Below, one piece after another: positions 18,886 through 32,605 of a stretch of DNA of 64,000 nt. A model generated the notes under the pieces. It was not told the DNA's origin. It was given only the letters and a program-made list of their open reading frames with translations, and searched no databases. Position numbers and translations under genes: made by a program. The DNA is taken from assembly GCA_038065395.1 (NCBI GenBank), contig JBBTRB010000006.1, forward strand, positions 19,493-83,492, given 5' to 3'. The stretch's first letter is position 1. Each line of letters starts with the position of its first letter. This DNA is from Patescibacteria group bacterium. Lineage in GTDB: Bacteria; Patescibacteriota; Minisyncoccia; Phycocordibacterales; PALSA-1337.

Positions 18886-19371
18886 ATGAGCAAAGAAAAG
18901 AGATCTTTTTTTGAGAGACTGACAGGAACCATCCGAATGGATGAGGACACTGCCCCTGCAAAATCAAAAGTCGCTCACCGAGACACTTCTCCTGACGAAG
19001 AAGTAGCAACATCCTCCTGGATCGACGAAGAAGCAGAGAAGGAGGGTGAGCTCACTGTCGATGTATACCAAACTCCCGAGATGATCATCATCAAGAGTAT
19101 GATCGCCGGTGTGCGCCCTGACGATCTCGATGTAACGATCGCCCGTGACGTAGTCACCATTCGTGGCAAACGCGAAGAAGAGCGCATCTCCAACGAAGAC
19201 GACTACTATGTCCGCGAGCTCTACTGGGGTTCATTCTCTCGCACCATCCAACTCCCCGAAGAGATCGACGTCGACGAAGCCGAAGCAGTTGAGAAGCATG
19301 GCCTTTTGATATTGAAACTTCCTAAACTCGACAAGAAGAGATCTTCGAAGCTCAAAGTCAGGACGGTGTAG
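18886..19371 (+). CDS. Small heat shock protein (Hsp20/alpha-crystallin family)
   Basis: Alpha-crystallin domain pattern VDVYQTPEMIIIKSMIAGVRPDDLDVTI..VTIRGKREEE...SFSRTIQLPEEID..GLLILKLPK. Confidence 0.8.
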   Translation: MSKEKRSFFERLTGTIRMDEDTAPAKSKVAHRDTSPDEEVATSSWIDEEAEKEGELTVDVYQTPEMIIIKSMIAGVRPDDLDVTIARDVVTIRGKREEERISNEDDYYVRELYWGSFSRTIQLPEEIDVDEAEAVEKHGLLILKLPKLDKKRSSKLKVRTV

Positions 19372-19458
19372 CTCTGCTATCTATAGATATATATTACAAA
19401 TTGAAAAAAGGTCATTCGCAATATTGATCTTGAATTTTTTTGGGCGTACACTTTGTGT

Positions 19459-19998
19459 ATGAATAGCACACTCTCTACACTAGAAAAGATCGGTGGATGG
19501 ACTTCCACTCTCCTCCTTGGAAAAACCAAGGAGATCATCATTCGTACGGACGAACGGGTTCAAAGTCTCATAAAAATAACTGATGGACTCAGGAAAGATC
19601 TTGACGACGGCTTGAAAGAAGTCCGTGGCTCTATTCATAACCTCGCCTTGGATGTTCGTGCATTGCAACTACATACGAAATACGGCGTTGCCAACAGTCC
19701 GATCGTCCCTGCCGAAAACGGCAAGAAACTTCTGGAGGATTCTGGTTTCAACACAAAAGTCTTCCCTATCATAGAAAGGGAGCTCTTTTCACTCATGGAC
19801 TCCGAAGGTCTCCGAACTCTCTACGACTACGAAAAAGGCGCCTTCCTGGCACTCATGGAACTCAAAAAAATCCCTGCTATGGACCCTCTCAAGGACCATG
19901 CCGTCAACCATCCAAACGAACCTCTCGAACTCATCTTTGAGGTAGCTTCGTGGGTTATACGAGATAGATATGCGGAATATCTCAAAAACAAAAAGTAG
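19459..19998 (+). CDS. Hypothetical protein
   Basis: ORF with coding-like composition, convergent with gyrB. No domain recognised. Confidence 0.45.
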   Translation: MNSTLSTLEKIGGWTSTLLLGKTKEIIIRTDERVQSLIKITDGLRKDLDDGLKEVRGSIHNLALDVRALQLHTKYGVANSPIVPAENGKKLLEDSGFNTKVFPIIERELFSLMDSEGLRTLYDYEKGAFLALMELKKIPAMDPLKDHAVNHPNEPLELIFEVASWVIRDRYAEYLKNKK

Positions 19999-20007
19999 AG
20001 ATGTAAC

Positions 20008-22140
<2,133 letters not shown>

Positions 22141-22217
22141 TTATACCTAGAGTATACCAGAAATCATGTTGCTATGCACGTGCATATATGAGCCAAATGT
22201 GGCCTATTTTATGAGTC

Positions 22218-22517
22218 TTATATACCCGCAGCCTGTAATCTATTTTCATGATCGTCTACCCTTCCTTCAACCATCTTAATCCCATCTCTAATACCTCTAT
22301 TATCGTCTTTCATCCCTTCAATGACCGCGCCAACATGACGATTGTTTTCTTCTTGATGATATAATTTCATATTTTCCATCGCCCCATCCATAGTTTCATG
22401 CATCATGATCCGTATCTCTCGAATAATCTCTATCTTTTGTTCTTTCATTTCTGTACGAAAAGAATTTAATTCTTTCGTTAAGTACCTCTTTGTAACAATA
22501 TCCGAATCTTTGATCAT
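22218..22517 (-). CDS. Hypothetical small protein
   Basis: 99-aa ORF in an AT-rich spacer between pheS and gyrB. Charged, coiled-coil-like. Weak call. Confidence 0.3.
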   Translation of the reverse strand: MIKDSDIVTKRYLTKELNSFRTEMKEQKIEIIREIRIMMHETMDGAMENMKLYHQEENNRHVGAVIEGMKDDNRGIRDGIKMVEGRVDDHENRLQAAGI

Positions 22518-22641
22518 ATTGAATAAAAAAAATTAGCGATAATAGTCTGGCAGATGAGATAATTGTAACAACAAAAAATACCTGTACAAGTTCACAGGTG
22601 TTCGAAAGTGTTTTCTAATAGCTATTTATAGATGGCACCCC

Positions 22642-23802
22642 TTACCTCAACACTGCCCCGAGTTCACTCGCCGTCCTCTCGCGAATCTTGTCTTGGATCT
22701 CGTTGACTTCGTCGTTGGTCAGAGTCCTTTCGGGCGAGCGATATATGATCCTGAAGGTATGACTGACTTTACCAGCGCCAAACTTGGCGGGATTTTCAAA
22801 GGTATCGAGATGCGTGACTTCTTCGATGAGATTGCCGGCATATTCACGTACGATCTCGTAGTAGTTGTTGAGGGCCACGTCTTTGTCCACGATAAATGAG
22901 ATATCACGCAGAGTCGGTGGGTATTTGCTGACTTCTTGGTATGTTTGACCGAGCTTGAGTTGCCTCGTCACGCGTTCATCTGTAGACCAGAGAAGTCGGA
23001 TGTCGGGCAGAGACATCGAAGAGATCGCCAGACGCTCGAGACCAAACCCGAAGGCCCATCCATTGTACCCTTCGAGACCGCAGTTTTTGAGCACGGTCTT
23101 GCGTGCCATACCGCAACCAAGGAGCTCGATCCAGCGACCGTTGATGAAGGCTTCCATCTCAAAACTTGGGTCTGTGTATGGAAAATTGTGGTCGTAGAAT
23201 CGGAATTCGACAGCATCACCGAATATGCTACGAGCGATCTCTGAGAGTGCCGCCTTGAGCTCTTCAGGAGTAATAGTTTTCACCTCATCTGGCGCAAGAA
23301 GTAGACCGCCGAACTGATGGAACACGTTCATGTGTCGACTGTCGATCTCGTCTTTGCGATAGACTTTGCCGTAACAGATCGCGCCGAGTGTTTCTTTGCG
23401 TGCAATCCTCTCTTTGATCTCGGGAGTATTGAGATAGTAGTACCAGAACACTGTGTCATGAGTACGCAGGACGTTTTTCTCGTCGACATAGTAGGTATCC
23501 GACTTGCTACGTGCTGGGTGCCCTTCAGGCATATTGAACAGGTCAAATAGAATGTCGGTTGGGACAATCTCGGGGATATTGATCACATCGAAACCACTGA
23601 GACTCTTGGTCTTCGAGGCGCGATCCACTATCTCTTTGAGTGGGTTGCCTTCAGATCTTGAAAGATCTGGCATTGCCACATAGCGTTTGAGACGGTTCGC
23701 ATCGGCGTCGGTGCGGGACGAGAGACTGCCTATGAGTCTTTTTTCTTCGGAACGGTCGATATTGATGATTGCCATAATGAAACGTAGTTTATTATTACTC
23801 AA
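22642..23802 (-). CDS. pheS: Phenylalanine--tRNA ligase alpha subunit
   Basis: Class II aaRS motifs FNMPEGHPARSKSDTYY and FGFGLERLAISS. Confidence 0.85.
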   Translation of the reverse strand: MSNNKLRFIMAIINIDRSEEKRLIGSLSSRTDADANRLKRYVAMPDLSRSEGNPLKEIVDRASKTKSLSGFDVINIPEIVPTDILFDLFNMPEGHPARSKSDTYYVDEKNVLRTHDTVFWYYYLNTPEIKERIARKETLGAICYGKVYRKDEIDSRHMNVFHQFGGLLLAPDEVKTITPEELKAALSEIARSIFGDAVEFRFYDHNFPYTDPSFEMEAFINGRWIELLGCGMARKTVLKNCGLEGYNGWAFGFGLERLAISSMSLPDIRLLWSTDERVTRQLKLGQTYQEVSKYPPTLRDISFIVDKDVALNNYYEIVREYAGNLIEEVTHLDTFENPAKFGAGKVSHTFRIIYRSPERTLTNDEVNEIQDKIRERTASELGAVLR

Positions 23803-24505
23803 TATTGTAGGTCAAGGTATTAAGTAACCCAAAAACAGCAGTTCTCCCTAGGGCATCAGTCCTAATAATGTAAGAGATTCCATTGTGTCGTGAAATGATC
23901 TGCACGTCTGTATCTGCAACTTCTACATTTTTTCCATTAATCATTTTTTGATGTGTACCAATTACAATTTGTTTTCTGTATAGATTTTCCAATAATCCAT
24001 TTGCTGGCGACTCAATAACCTTAACGGTATTATTTGATATTTTCTGAAATTCTATTACTCTTTCCTTCCATGACTCATCAGATTCTTTTACTGCCATTAC
24101 CGATGCTTGATGCGCGTCAACTTTATACCAATCAACGGATTGCTTACATGTTGGTAACGATGATGTCGAAGTAGAATATGTGTTATAAATAATCACAAAA
24201 TCCTCCGTCCCATCACTTTTCAACAATTTTGTACCTTGTAAAGAATCGTTACATGCCAAAACAGAAAAAGGAGGTTCTGTATGGTAGAAACTGTATTTAT
24301 AAGAGATATTTGAATATTTTACAGATTGAGGTTTGTTTGTCTTGTCTGGCTGATTAAGCTCCTGACCATCAAACCGTTCTGAGATATTTTGCTCATTACG
24401 TGTAGCATATAAATATACACCTATTCCTAAAACAATTAAAACAAATACTCCCAGCAATAATATTGATGTTGAACCTTTTTGTAGATTTTTCATATTATTC
24501 TTCAT
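23795..24505 (-). CDS. Hypothetical membrane-anchored protein
   Basis: N-terminal TM helix (ILLLGVFVLIVLGIGVYLY). AT-rich. No domain recognised. Confidence 0.45.
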   Translation of the reverse strand: MKNNMKNLQKGSTSILLLGVFVLIVLGIGVYLYATRNEQNISERFDGQELNQPDKTNKPQSVKYSNISYKYSFYHTEPPFSVLACNDSLQGTKLLKSDGTEDFVIIYNTYSTSTSSLPTCKQSVDWYKVDAHQASVMAVKESDESWKERVIEFQKISNNTVKVIESPANGLLENLYRKQIVIGTHQKMINGKNVEVADTDVQIISRHNGISYIIRTDALGRTAVFGLLNTLTYNIE

Positions 24506-24553
24506 ATTAAACTTTAATCCTAAACTCTACCTTCTTTTTCCTTCTATGTTTCC

Positions 24554-24628
24554 TGAGCCACCTCCCAGACTTGAACTGGGGACCTTCGCTTTACAAAAGC
24601 GTTGCTCTACCAACTGAGCTAAGGTGGC
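24554..24628 (-). tRNA. tRNA-Thr(UGU)
   Basis: Minus strand GCCACCTTAGCTCAGTTGGTAGAGC; anticodon loop TTTGTAA; T-arm GGTCCCCAGTTCAAGTCTGGGAGG. Confidence 0.8.
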
Positions 24629-24648
24629 ATGTATACCCTACACGAACT

Positions 24649-25029
24649 CTACTTGCCTCTACTGGAAATACGTCGCAGGTACAAGGACGCGCCATGCTTC
24701 TTGACCTCACCACGACCTCGAACGGCGTCGAGGATCTTGCGACCGTGGGGATTTTGGAGGGTGCGATGCTTGACCTCTACGTATACCCTGCGGACATGTA
24801 CCAGTGTATGAAATGCAATGAGCTGTCCCAGGACGATCAGTGTTCTACGGTTGGCATAGGATATCCAGCGGCCAACACGAGAAAAGATAGCATGAAATAT
24901 ATGATCTGTCCCGCTCCCTACGCGAGACACGATCGTGGGATGACCAGTTTTGTGCTCGCGCCCCTTGAGCAGAATCATGCACATGATACCCGCCAAAGAC
25001 ACATAAAAAACAGCGATGAGTGTGTACAT
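24649..25029 (-). CDS. Hypothetical small membrane protein
   Basis: 126-aa ORF with an N-terminal TM helix, co-directional with and immediately downstream of tsf. Function unknown. Confidence 0.35.
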   Translation of the reverse strand: MYTLIAVFYVSLAGIMCMILLKGREHKTGHPTIVSRVGSGTDHIFHAIFSRVGRWISYANRRTLIVLGQLIAFHTLVHVRRVYVEVKHRTLQNPHGRKILDAVRGRGEVKKHGASLYLRRISSRGK

Positions 25030-25049
25030 AGGGAGAGGTATATTATACC

Positions 25050-25637
25050 TTAACGTTCGAGAACCTTGAAGCGCGCGAATCGGGCCACAGCGACCTTCTC
25101 GCCGAACTTCTGAGTGGCAAGATCGAGGAGTCCCTGGACGGTAATGTCAGGATTCTTGACGAATGGCTGGTTGAGGAGGACCATCTCGGCGAAATATGCG
25201 TCGAGTTTGCCTTCCAGGATCTTGGAACGCATTGGCTCTGGCTTGCCTTTGACTTCTGCCTCGAAGACTTCACGAGCGGTTTTCTTGTCTGCTTCGGTGA
25301 TATCATCTTTGCTGGTGAACTTTGGGTTGGTGGCAGTGACATGCATAGCGATATCACGAGCGATCGTCTTGAACTCTTCGTTATTGGAGACAAAGTCCGT
25401 CTCGCAGTTGAGCTCAACCATAGCTCCGAGTGAGCCGTTGGCATGGATATATGCCTGTACGACGCCAGCAGCAAAAGTGCGGTCACCCTTCTTTGCGGCG
25501 AGTTCGCCACTCTTCTTGCGAAGGATAACGAGCGCCTTGGCGGAATCACCCCCCGCTTCTTCGAGAGCTTTCTTGCATTGCATGACTGAGACACCTGTCT
25601 GGTCGCGAAGTTCTTTGATTTGTTCGGTAGTTATCAT
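25050..25637 (-). CDS. tsf: Elongation factor Ts
   Basis: N-terminal UBA-like MITTEQIKELRDQTGVSVMQCKKALEEAGGD. Conserved position downstream of rpsB. ATG at 25637 chosen over the longer ORF-track extension. Confidence 0.85.
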   Translation of the reverse strand: MITTEQIKELRDQTGVSVMQCKKALEEAGGDSAKALVILRKKSGELAAKKGDRTFAAGVVQAYIHANGSLGAMVELNCETDFVSNNEEFKTIARDIAMHVTATNPKFTSKDDITEADKKTAREVFEAEVKGKPEPMRSKILEGKLDAYFAEMVLLNQPFVKNPDITVQGLLDLATQKFGEKVAVARFARFKVLER

Positions 25638-25786
25638 GGATGATGTAGTTGGTTTTGTTTCTAAAGGTTGTGGTGATACGTGCATCGCCTGAGCAAGAGT
25701 GGCCTTTTTTTCGGAAATATCGGCGAAGGTTCCTCTGTGTTTCCGCCTACCCAATAGTATGAATGGGCTGATCATGCTCGTCAGGG

Positions 25787-26479
25787 TTATGCAACCTTCT
25801 TGGCTGCTTGATAGGCACGCGATATCTCTTCGGCAAAGAACTGGATACTGGTCTTTGCAGCATCGTTGCCTACGATAGGATACTGAACCTCAGATATATC
25901 ACAGTCTGAACTTGCCAATGCGATAACAGGAACATTCATGTCTTTGGCTTCTTTGAGGGCGATCTTCTCGTGACGAGGGTCGATAATAAAGAGGGCGTCG
26001 GGCTGTTTCTTGAGAGAAACGATGCCGAGGAACATCTTCTCGAGAGAAGCGATCTCTTTGTCGAGGAGCATACGCTCACGCTTGGTGTATTTCAAAAGTT
26101 CGCCCTTTTCGCGATCTGAGGTGAGTTTCTCATAACGTTCGATGCGCTTGCGGATCTGACCAAAGTTGGTGAGAGTTCCTCCGATCCAGCGACTGTCTAC
26201 GTATGGCATGTCGAGAGACTGTGCGATGATCTTGATAGCACTAGAGGCCTCTTTTTTGCCACCTACAAAGAGGATGGTCTTGCCTTCTTTGGCGAGGGTT
26301 GCTACGAAATCTGTTGCTTTCTGGAGAAGTGGAGTGGTCTTTTCGAGGTCAAAAATGTCTGTACTGTTCTTGGTACCGAAAATATAGGTTGCAATAGTCG
26401 GATGACGGCGGGAACGGCCCAAACCAAAGTGCGCTCCGGCCGAAAACATCGTATCGATAGTCTTTGTGGTTGTTGACAT
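25787..26479 (-). CDS. rpsB: 30S ribosomal protein S2
   Basis: AGAHFGLGRSRRHPTIATYIFGTKNSTDIFDLEKT matches the S2 N-terminal signature. Confidence 0.9.
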   Translation of the reverse strand: MSTTTKTIDTMFSAGAHFGLGRSRRHPTIATYIFGTKNSTDIFDLEKTTPLLQKATDFVATLAKEGKTILFVGGKKEASSAIKIIAQSLDMPYVDSRWIGGTLTNFGQIRKRIERYEKLTSDREKGELLKYTKRERMLLDKEIASLEKMFLGIVSLKKQPDALFIIDPRHEKIALKEAKDMNVPVIALASSDCDISEVQYPIVGNDAAKTSIQFFAEEISRAYQAAKKVA

Positions 26480-26525
26480 AGGTAGGTAATAACTTATCAG
26501 AATAGTGTAGGTAAGTCAATCCAGA

Positions 26526-27509
26526 TCACTCCTCATCCTCGGCTTCCCCACCGGTTTTGCCGGTTTTCTCGAATTCATGGAGAGCTTCGATGACGGGGGC
26601 TAGTTTGCCACTGAGGATGATGGGGAGATTGTACCAGGATTGCTTGATACGGTGGTCGGTGACGCGGTCCTGAGGATAGTTGTAGGTACGGATCTTCTCT
26701 GAACGGTCGCCAGTACCGATCTGCCCCTTGCGGTCGGCAGAGAATTTCTTGGCCTCTTCGGCTTCTTTGAGCGCTTCGAGCTTGGATGTCAGGAGCGCCA
26801 AGGCACGTTCACGGTTGGCGTTCTGACTGCGCTCTACGGTCGAACGAACATCAAGACCTGTTGGTTTGTGTATGAGACGCACGGCACTTTCGACTTTGTT
26901 GACGTTCTGACCTCCTTTGCCACCGGCACGAGAGAATTCCATCTCAAGGTCAACAGGGTTAATGACGAATTTGGACTTTTTGCGGATCGGCATGATAGCG
27001 ATCGAGGCGGTCGAGGTATGAATGCGACCCATTTTCTCGGTCTCTGGCACACGCTGAACGCGATGAACGCCCGTCTCCCAACGAAAATCCTCATATACGC
27101 CTTTGCCCTTGAGCTCGAGGGATGCTTCTTTGTAACCACCGATATCATTCTTGGACTCTTCGATGATGCGCGCTGACCAGCCTTTACTTTCCGCGTATCG
27201 CTTGTACATATCGAGGAGTTCTGCCGCGAAAAGCGCCGCCTCGTCACCTCCTGCCCCGGCACGGACTTCGAGGATGACTTCGTTGGGCTTCTCTTCTTCT
27301 TGTTTGTCACCTTCGAGGATCTCGTCCATCTGTTTCAAGAGAGAAGACTTCTGGTCGACAATAGACGACAAATCTGCCTCACCCATCTCTTTGAGCGAAG
27401 GATCTTTCTCTATCATTGTCCGGACTTCCTGTTCATCCTTGAGAAGCTTTTCGTACATTCCGGCCAAGAAAGAGGTCTTGGGGTTGGATTTGTAGATTTC
27501 TAAGTTCAT
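26526..27509 (-). CDS. prfA: Peptide chain release factor 1
   Basis: GGQ motif (AGGKGGQNVNKVESAVRL) and a PxT-type codon-recognition motif (RVPETEKMGRIHTS), which indicates RF1 rather than RF2. ATG at 27509 (MNLEIYK..). Confidence 0.8.
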   Translation of the reverse strand: MNLEIYKSNPKTSFLAGMYEKLLKDEQEVRTMIEKDPSLKEMGEADLSSIVDQKSSLLKQMDEILEGDKQEEEKPNEVILEVRAGAGGDEAALFAAELLDMYKRYAESKGWSARIIEESKNDIGGYKEASLELKGKGVYEDFRWETGVHRVQRVPETEKMGRIHTSTASIAIMPIRKKSKFVINPVDLEMEFSRAGGKGGQNVNKVESAVRLIHKPTGLDVRSTVERSQNANRERALALLTSKLEALKEAEEAKKFSADRKGQIGTGDRSEKIRTYNYPQDRVTDHRIKQSWYNLPIILSGKLAPVIEALHEFEKTGKTGGEAEDEE

Positions 27510-27510
27510 A

Positions 27511-27598
27511 GATTTAAGATGTAAGAAGTATGATTTAAGAATAAATCGCATTCATACAAACATGTTGCGTCATTCTTAAATCCTAAATCGTAAATCTA
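27511..27598. repeat. AT-rich long inverted-repeat element, copy A (GATTTAAGAAT...ATTCTTAAATC family)
   Basis: Left arm GATTTAAGATGTAAGAAGTATGATTTAAGAAT; right arm ATTCTTAAATCCTAAATCGTAAATCTACTTCT. Sits in the rpmE-prfA intercistronic gap. Confidence 0.6.
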
Positions 27599-27850
27599 CT
27601 TCTTCGCCTTTGCCTGACGAGTCTTGAATTTCTCCACGCGACCTGCAGTATCGATAGTCTTGTCTTGGTTGGTATAGAAAGGATGTGATGCAGAAGAGAT
27701 TTCTACATAGTGAACTGGGTATTCCTTGCCATCTTTGGCCTTGAGGGTGTCCTTGGTCTTGATAGTTGAGGAGATCACAAACTGTGCACCACTGGAATTG
27801 TCGGCAAAAAGCACCTGGCGATAGTCTTGTGGGTGGATGTCTTTCTTCAT
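27596..27850 (-). CDS. rpmE: 50S ribosomal protein L31 (type B, non-zinc form)
   Basis: [13 protein letters not shown].....HPFYT...[11 protein letters not shown]. Lacks the CxxC zinc ribbon. Confidence 0.85.
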   Translation of the reverse strand: MKKDIHPQDYRQVLFADNSSGAQFVISSTIKTKDTLKAKDGKEYPVHYVEISSASHPFYTNQDKTIDTAGRVEKFKTRQAKAKK

Positions 27851-27947
27851 ATAAGTGGTAAAAATGTAGCATTTCCTGATAAAAAAGGCAATAGGTAAGA
27901 AAAACCACTTCGATTCTGTACCGAAGTGGTATGCGCAGGAGAAAAAA

Positions 27948-28526
27948 TTAATTTTCTGTAGTAACCCGCCAGGTTCGAGGGGGTAAATTATGCCTTCTCC
28001 TCAAATAGTCTTCAAATGTAAACCACCCTCCATCACCCATGGTGACCAAAGATTCCATATGATAGGTAAACCTAGACATCAACCCACCTTTAACTTCTTT
28101 ATCTTCGGTGCCCCCTGTAGTCGAATCGAACATTAACCGAGCGCACCTGATCATTCCATCAGTCTCACTTTCTTGCTTTTGAAGTGGTACATTGAATGTC
28201 GTAAACTCTGACCCCCCTGGATAATTCTTCCCATGAGAGACGTTTACACTTTTCACACCCAGAGTCATAGATATAGCGAAAAAGAAACCCGTAGTCTCTC
28301 TGCTCTCGAAGCAAGAATGGGATTCTGATTTTCGTCGCAACCGAACACGAACATCGACAGTCCGAGGATGGTATATACTCGAACTAATATTCAGACTATC
28401 GAGTAAAAATTCTTTGCCTTGGTAACCAGGGTAAGGACTTGGATCATAGTAAATGTCGAAACAGTCACTGATCCCTTTCCAGTCACAGGATTTCACCGTG
28501 ATACTACGTACTTTCTTATTTTTCAT
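27948..28526 (-). CDS. Hypothetical protein (192 aa)
   Basis: Long ORF with no signal peptide and no recognisable motif. Confidence 0.45.
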   Translation of the reverse strand: MKNKKVRSITVKSCDWKGISDCFDIYYDPSPYPGYQGKEFLLDSLNISSSIYHPRTVDVRVRLRRKSESHSCFESRETTGFFFAISMTLGVKSVNVSHGKNYPGGSEFTTFNVPLQKQESETDGMIRCARLMFDSTTGGTEDKEVKGGLMSRFTYHMESLVTMGDGGWFTFEDYLRRRHNLPPRTWRVTTEN

Positions 28527-28727
28527 TATGTCTTTCTACTGCTCACGCAACTCATCGCTTTATGCGACAAGTGATCAGCATTCAAGCCAATTCTTCTACA
28601 AGCAGTTCTAGTATAGATTTAACATTTAATCGAGAATCATGTCAATCACTTACACTGATTATGGCCTACAAGTATTTATTTCCCCACCCTCCCCGCACCA
28701 CCTTCCTGCTATAATAAATGGAAACAT

Positions 28728-29903
28728 ATGCAACTCCGTCCTGATCCCAAGAGCCATGTCATCTACACGATCGCGGTGATCGGTTTCATCTTCACTTTGC
28801 ATCTGGCGATACCGATATACTCGAACTCGAGCTTCCTGGCACTCTTCACCGATGCACGCACGATCGGCTGGATATATATGGCAGGTGCAGCAGCAGGCAT
28901 TCTTGGATATCTGCTGGCACCTTGGGTGATCCGCAAACTCGGCAACCATGTCACTTCGATCGCTCTGATCTGTATACAAATCGCTCTTATGTACGGATTC
29001 ATCTCGGCGACCTCGATAGAAGCACTGGCCATACTCTTCGCACTCCAAACAGCAGTGGGGTCACTGATCAGTTTGACGCTCGACATTTTCCTCGAGGTGT
29101 ATACCGACGGCCACAAGGTAGGTACGATCCGTGGTCTCTATATCACTACCCTCAATGCCTCATGGGTGATCGCGCCACTCCTCGGTAGTATGCTCATCGG
29201 CGCAGGTGACAACTATCGCAATACCTATGTAGCGGCTCTGGCGATGCTGTTCCCTCTCCTCTATCTCGTGTATCGCAACTTCCCACGATTCAAAGATCCT
29301 CATTACAAACATTTTTCGCCATGGCAACTGATGGCGCGTATTTCTTCGAGCAAAAACTGGGTTAGACTTTTTAGTGCCAATATTATCTTGCAGACATTCT
29401 ATGCCTGGATGGTGGTGTACAGCCCGATATATCTGCACCAGCATGTCGGGTTCGATTGGGATGAGATCGGTATTATCCTGACGATCATGCTGTTGCCGTT
29501 CGTCTTGATCCAATATCCTCTCGGTCAGTTGGCAGACAGAAGATATGGGGAAAAGGAGATCATGGCGATCGGATTTACGATCATGGCAGTAGCCACTGCC
29601 ATGCTTCCATTGATCTCTTCCAACAGGAGTGTGGCCCTCTGGGCATTTGCACTCTTCATGACACGCGTCGGGGCAGCAGCCGCCGAGATCATGATCGAAA
29701 CCTACTTCTTCAAGACGGTGTCTATCCAAGATTCGGGCATGCTCGGGTTCTTCCGTATCACTCGACATGCTTCGTATTTCATTGCCCCTCTCATAACAGT
29801 GATCGGTTTGATGTTTACGGATTCAACATATTTGTTTACAATTGTCGGCGCAGTCTGCCTCGTGGCGCTGTACCCGGTTCTCACTATCAGAGATACGAAC
29901 TAG
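28728..29903 (+). CDS. MFS transporter
   Basis: About 12 predicted TM helices and the motif-A-like GQLADRRYGEK between TM2 and TM3 of the second half. Confidence 0.75.
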   Translation: MQLRPDPKSHVIYTIAVIGFIFTLHLAIPIYSNSSFLALFTDARTIGWIYMAGAAAGILGYLLAPWVIRKLGNHVTSIALICIQIALMYGFISATSIEALAILFALQTAVGSLISLTLDIFLEVYTDGHKVGTIRGLYITTLNASWVIAPLLGSMLIGAGDNYRNTYVAALAMLFPLLYLVYRNFPRFKDPHYKHFSPWQLMARISSSKNWVRLFSANIILQTFYAWMVVYSPIYLHQHVGFDWDEIGIILTIMLLPFVLIQYPLGQLADRRYGEKEIMAIGFTIMAVATAMLPLISSNRSVALWAFALFMTRVGAAAAEIMIETYFFKTVSIQDSGMLGFFRITRHASYFIAPLITVIGLMFTDSTYLFTIVGAVCLVALYPVLTIRDTN

Positions 29904-29913
29904 AGTATAATTG

Positions 29914-31379
<1,466 letters not shown>

Positions 31380-31410
31380 GGACAATATACATATACGTCA
31401 ATACATACAA

Positions 31411-31436
31411 AAAGACCCCGATAAGGGTCTTTTTGC
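31411..31436 (+). terminator. Rho-independent terminator after eno
   Basis: AAGACCCCGATAAGGGTCTTTTTG. Confidence 0.7.
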
Positions 31437-31752
31437 TCTATACCCGCCTTATCTATGACTATGCATGAAAGGCAGGAGTTGTTTGTTCTGGCACCTGTGT
31501 TTCAGGTGCTGGAGCTGTCTCTTGTGGTTTCTTTTTTGCCATATGATTCGGCGGGGTGGTTATCTCCCGCACGAGCATTATAAAACGGGCACAAGCCCCT
31601 TCCCTTCTCCGTCACTGAGTTGACTACTCGTCAAAGGATAGGATCTAATAACTCTTGTCATTCCTGGGCTTTTGGGGACCTCAAAGTGGGATATGAAAAT
31701 AGGATATTTTTGAGCTCGAATGTCAATGTTACAGGCTTGATTTTAAAGAAAA

Positions 31753-31782
31753 TTGACATATAGGTATTATATATGATATAAT
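31753..31782 (+). promoter_or_regulatory. Sigma70-type promoter (TTGACA-18-TATAAT) for the gene at 31827
   Basis: TTGACA at 31753, TATAAT at 31777, about 45 nt upstream of the ATG, within a 450-bp AT-rich spacer. Confidence 0.55.
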
Positions 31783-31826
31783 AGTACCAGAAGATCGTCC
31801 TATGCACACATGGGTGCCGTGGATAT

Positions 31827-32540
31827 ATGATCATCAAAAACTACATACCAAAAGTACTTATGAAGCGTTCACGAAAAAACGTACCTGTTAACATCAGCAA
31901 GATGGCCAAAGATCTTGGCCTCAATAACACCGACATCAAGTTTGCCTTGCAAGGACCAAGACCGGATGTCGAGATGAAATCGATCCTGAAAACCGGAAAC
32001 ATTGCCCAGCTCACGAAACTGTTCAGTCAGGCAAAATCATTTGCTCGGAAAGAGGCGATCCTCTGGCACTCGCTCGACGTATGTCGCAATCTGGAAGATC
32101 TCGATCTCGTTCACGAATTTGGATCCGATATCATGCAATCTCGCTCTCTACTCCATGCGTCATGGATTGAAACTCGTCGTCATGCACTGCAAGTGAAGAT
32201 TATGACGGCCAAGACATTCGAAGAAATCCATGAGATCTGGTGCACACTTGATGATTGCTACGCCCACGAAGACAAGCTTGCATTCAAAAAGTTGCTGGAA
32301 TTAATCCCTACAACTGAACTAACTGTAGTACTTGCCCATATCGAGGGTGATGTCAGTACTGATGCATACCTGGAAACAAGCCAGCAATACCCCTTGTTGT
32401 TACGCGCCTGCGAGTATGCAAATTCGCTACAGGCGTTGAAGGCACTCAAGTGGCTACAGGAACGCCTATGGGACGGTGCGGAAGAATCCTATCCTATCCG
32501 CCTCTTGATCAAGAAAGCTGCCGGGTTCTATCAAAACTAG
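31827..32540 (+). CDS. Hypothetical protein (237 aa)
   Basis: ORF after a strong consensus promoter. No domain recognised. AT-rich. Confidence 0.5.
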   Translation: MIIKNYIPKVLMKRSRKNVPVNISKMAKDLGLNNTDIKFALQGPRPDVEMKSILKTGNIAQLTKLFSQAKSFARKEAILWHSLDVCRNLEDLDLVHEFGSDIMQSRSLLHASWIETRRHALQVKIMTAKTFEEIHEIWCTLDDCYAHEDKLAFKKLLELIPTTELTVVLAHIEGDVSTDAYLETSQQYPLLLRACEYANSLQALKALKWLQERLWDGAEESYPIRLLIKKAAGFYQN

Positions 32541-32605
32541 ACGAACATTCCTCACTCCCCACCCTCTACACATGTAGGCGGTGGGGATTTTTTATGCAAA
32601 AAATC

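Noticed and set aside
24571-25053. 160-aa plus-strand ORF
   Set aside because: Its start overlaps tRNA-Thr on the opposite strand and it runs antisense to a more plausible minus-strand membrane-protein ORF downstream of tsf. It has no motif support.
31459-31542. 27-aa minus-strand micro-ORF (MAKKKPQETAPAPETQVPEQTTPAFHA) in the eno-downstream spacer
   Set aside because: Too short to support from sequence alone, with no ribosome-binding site or conservation evidence available. Noted only as a possible small protein.
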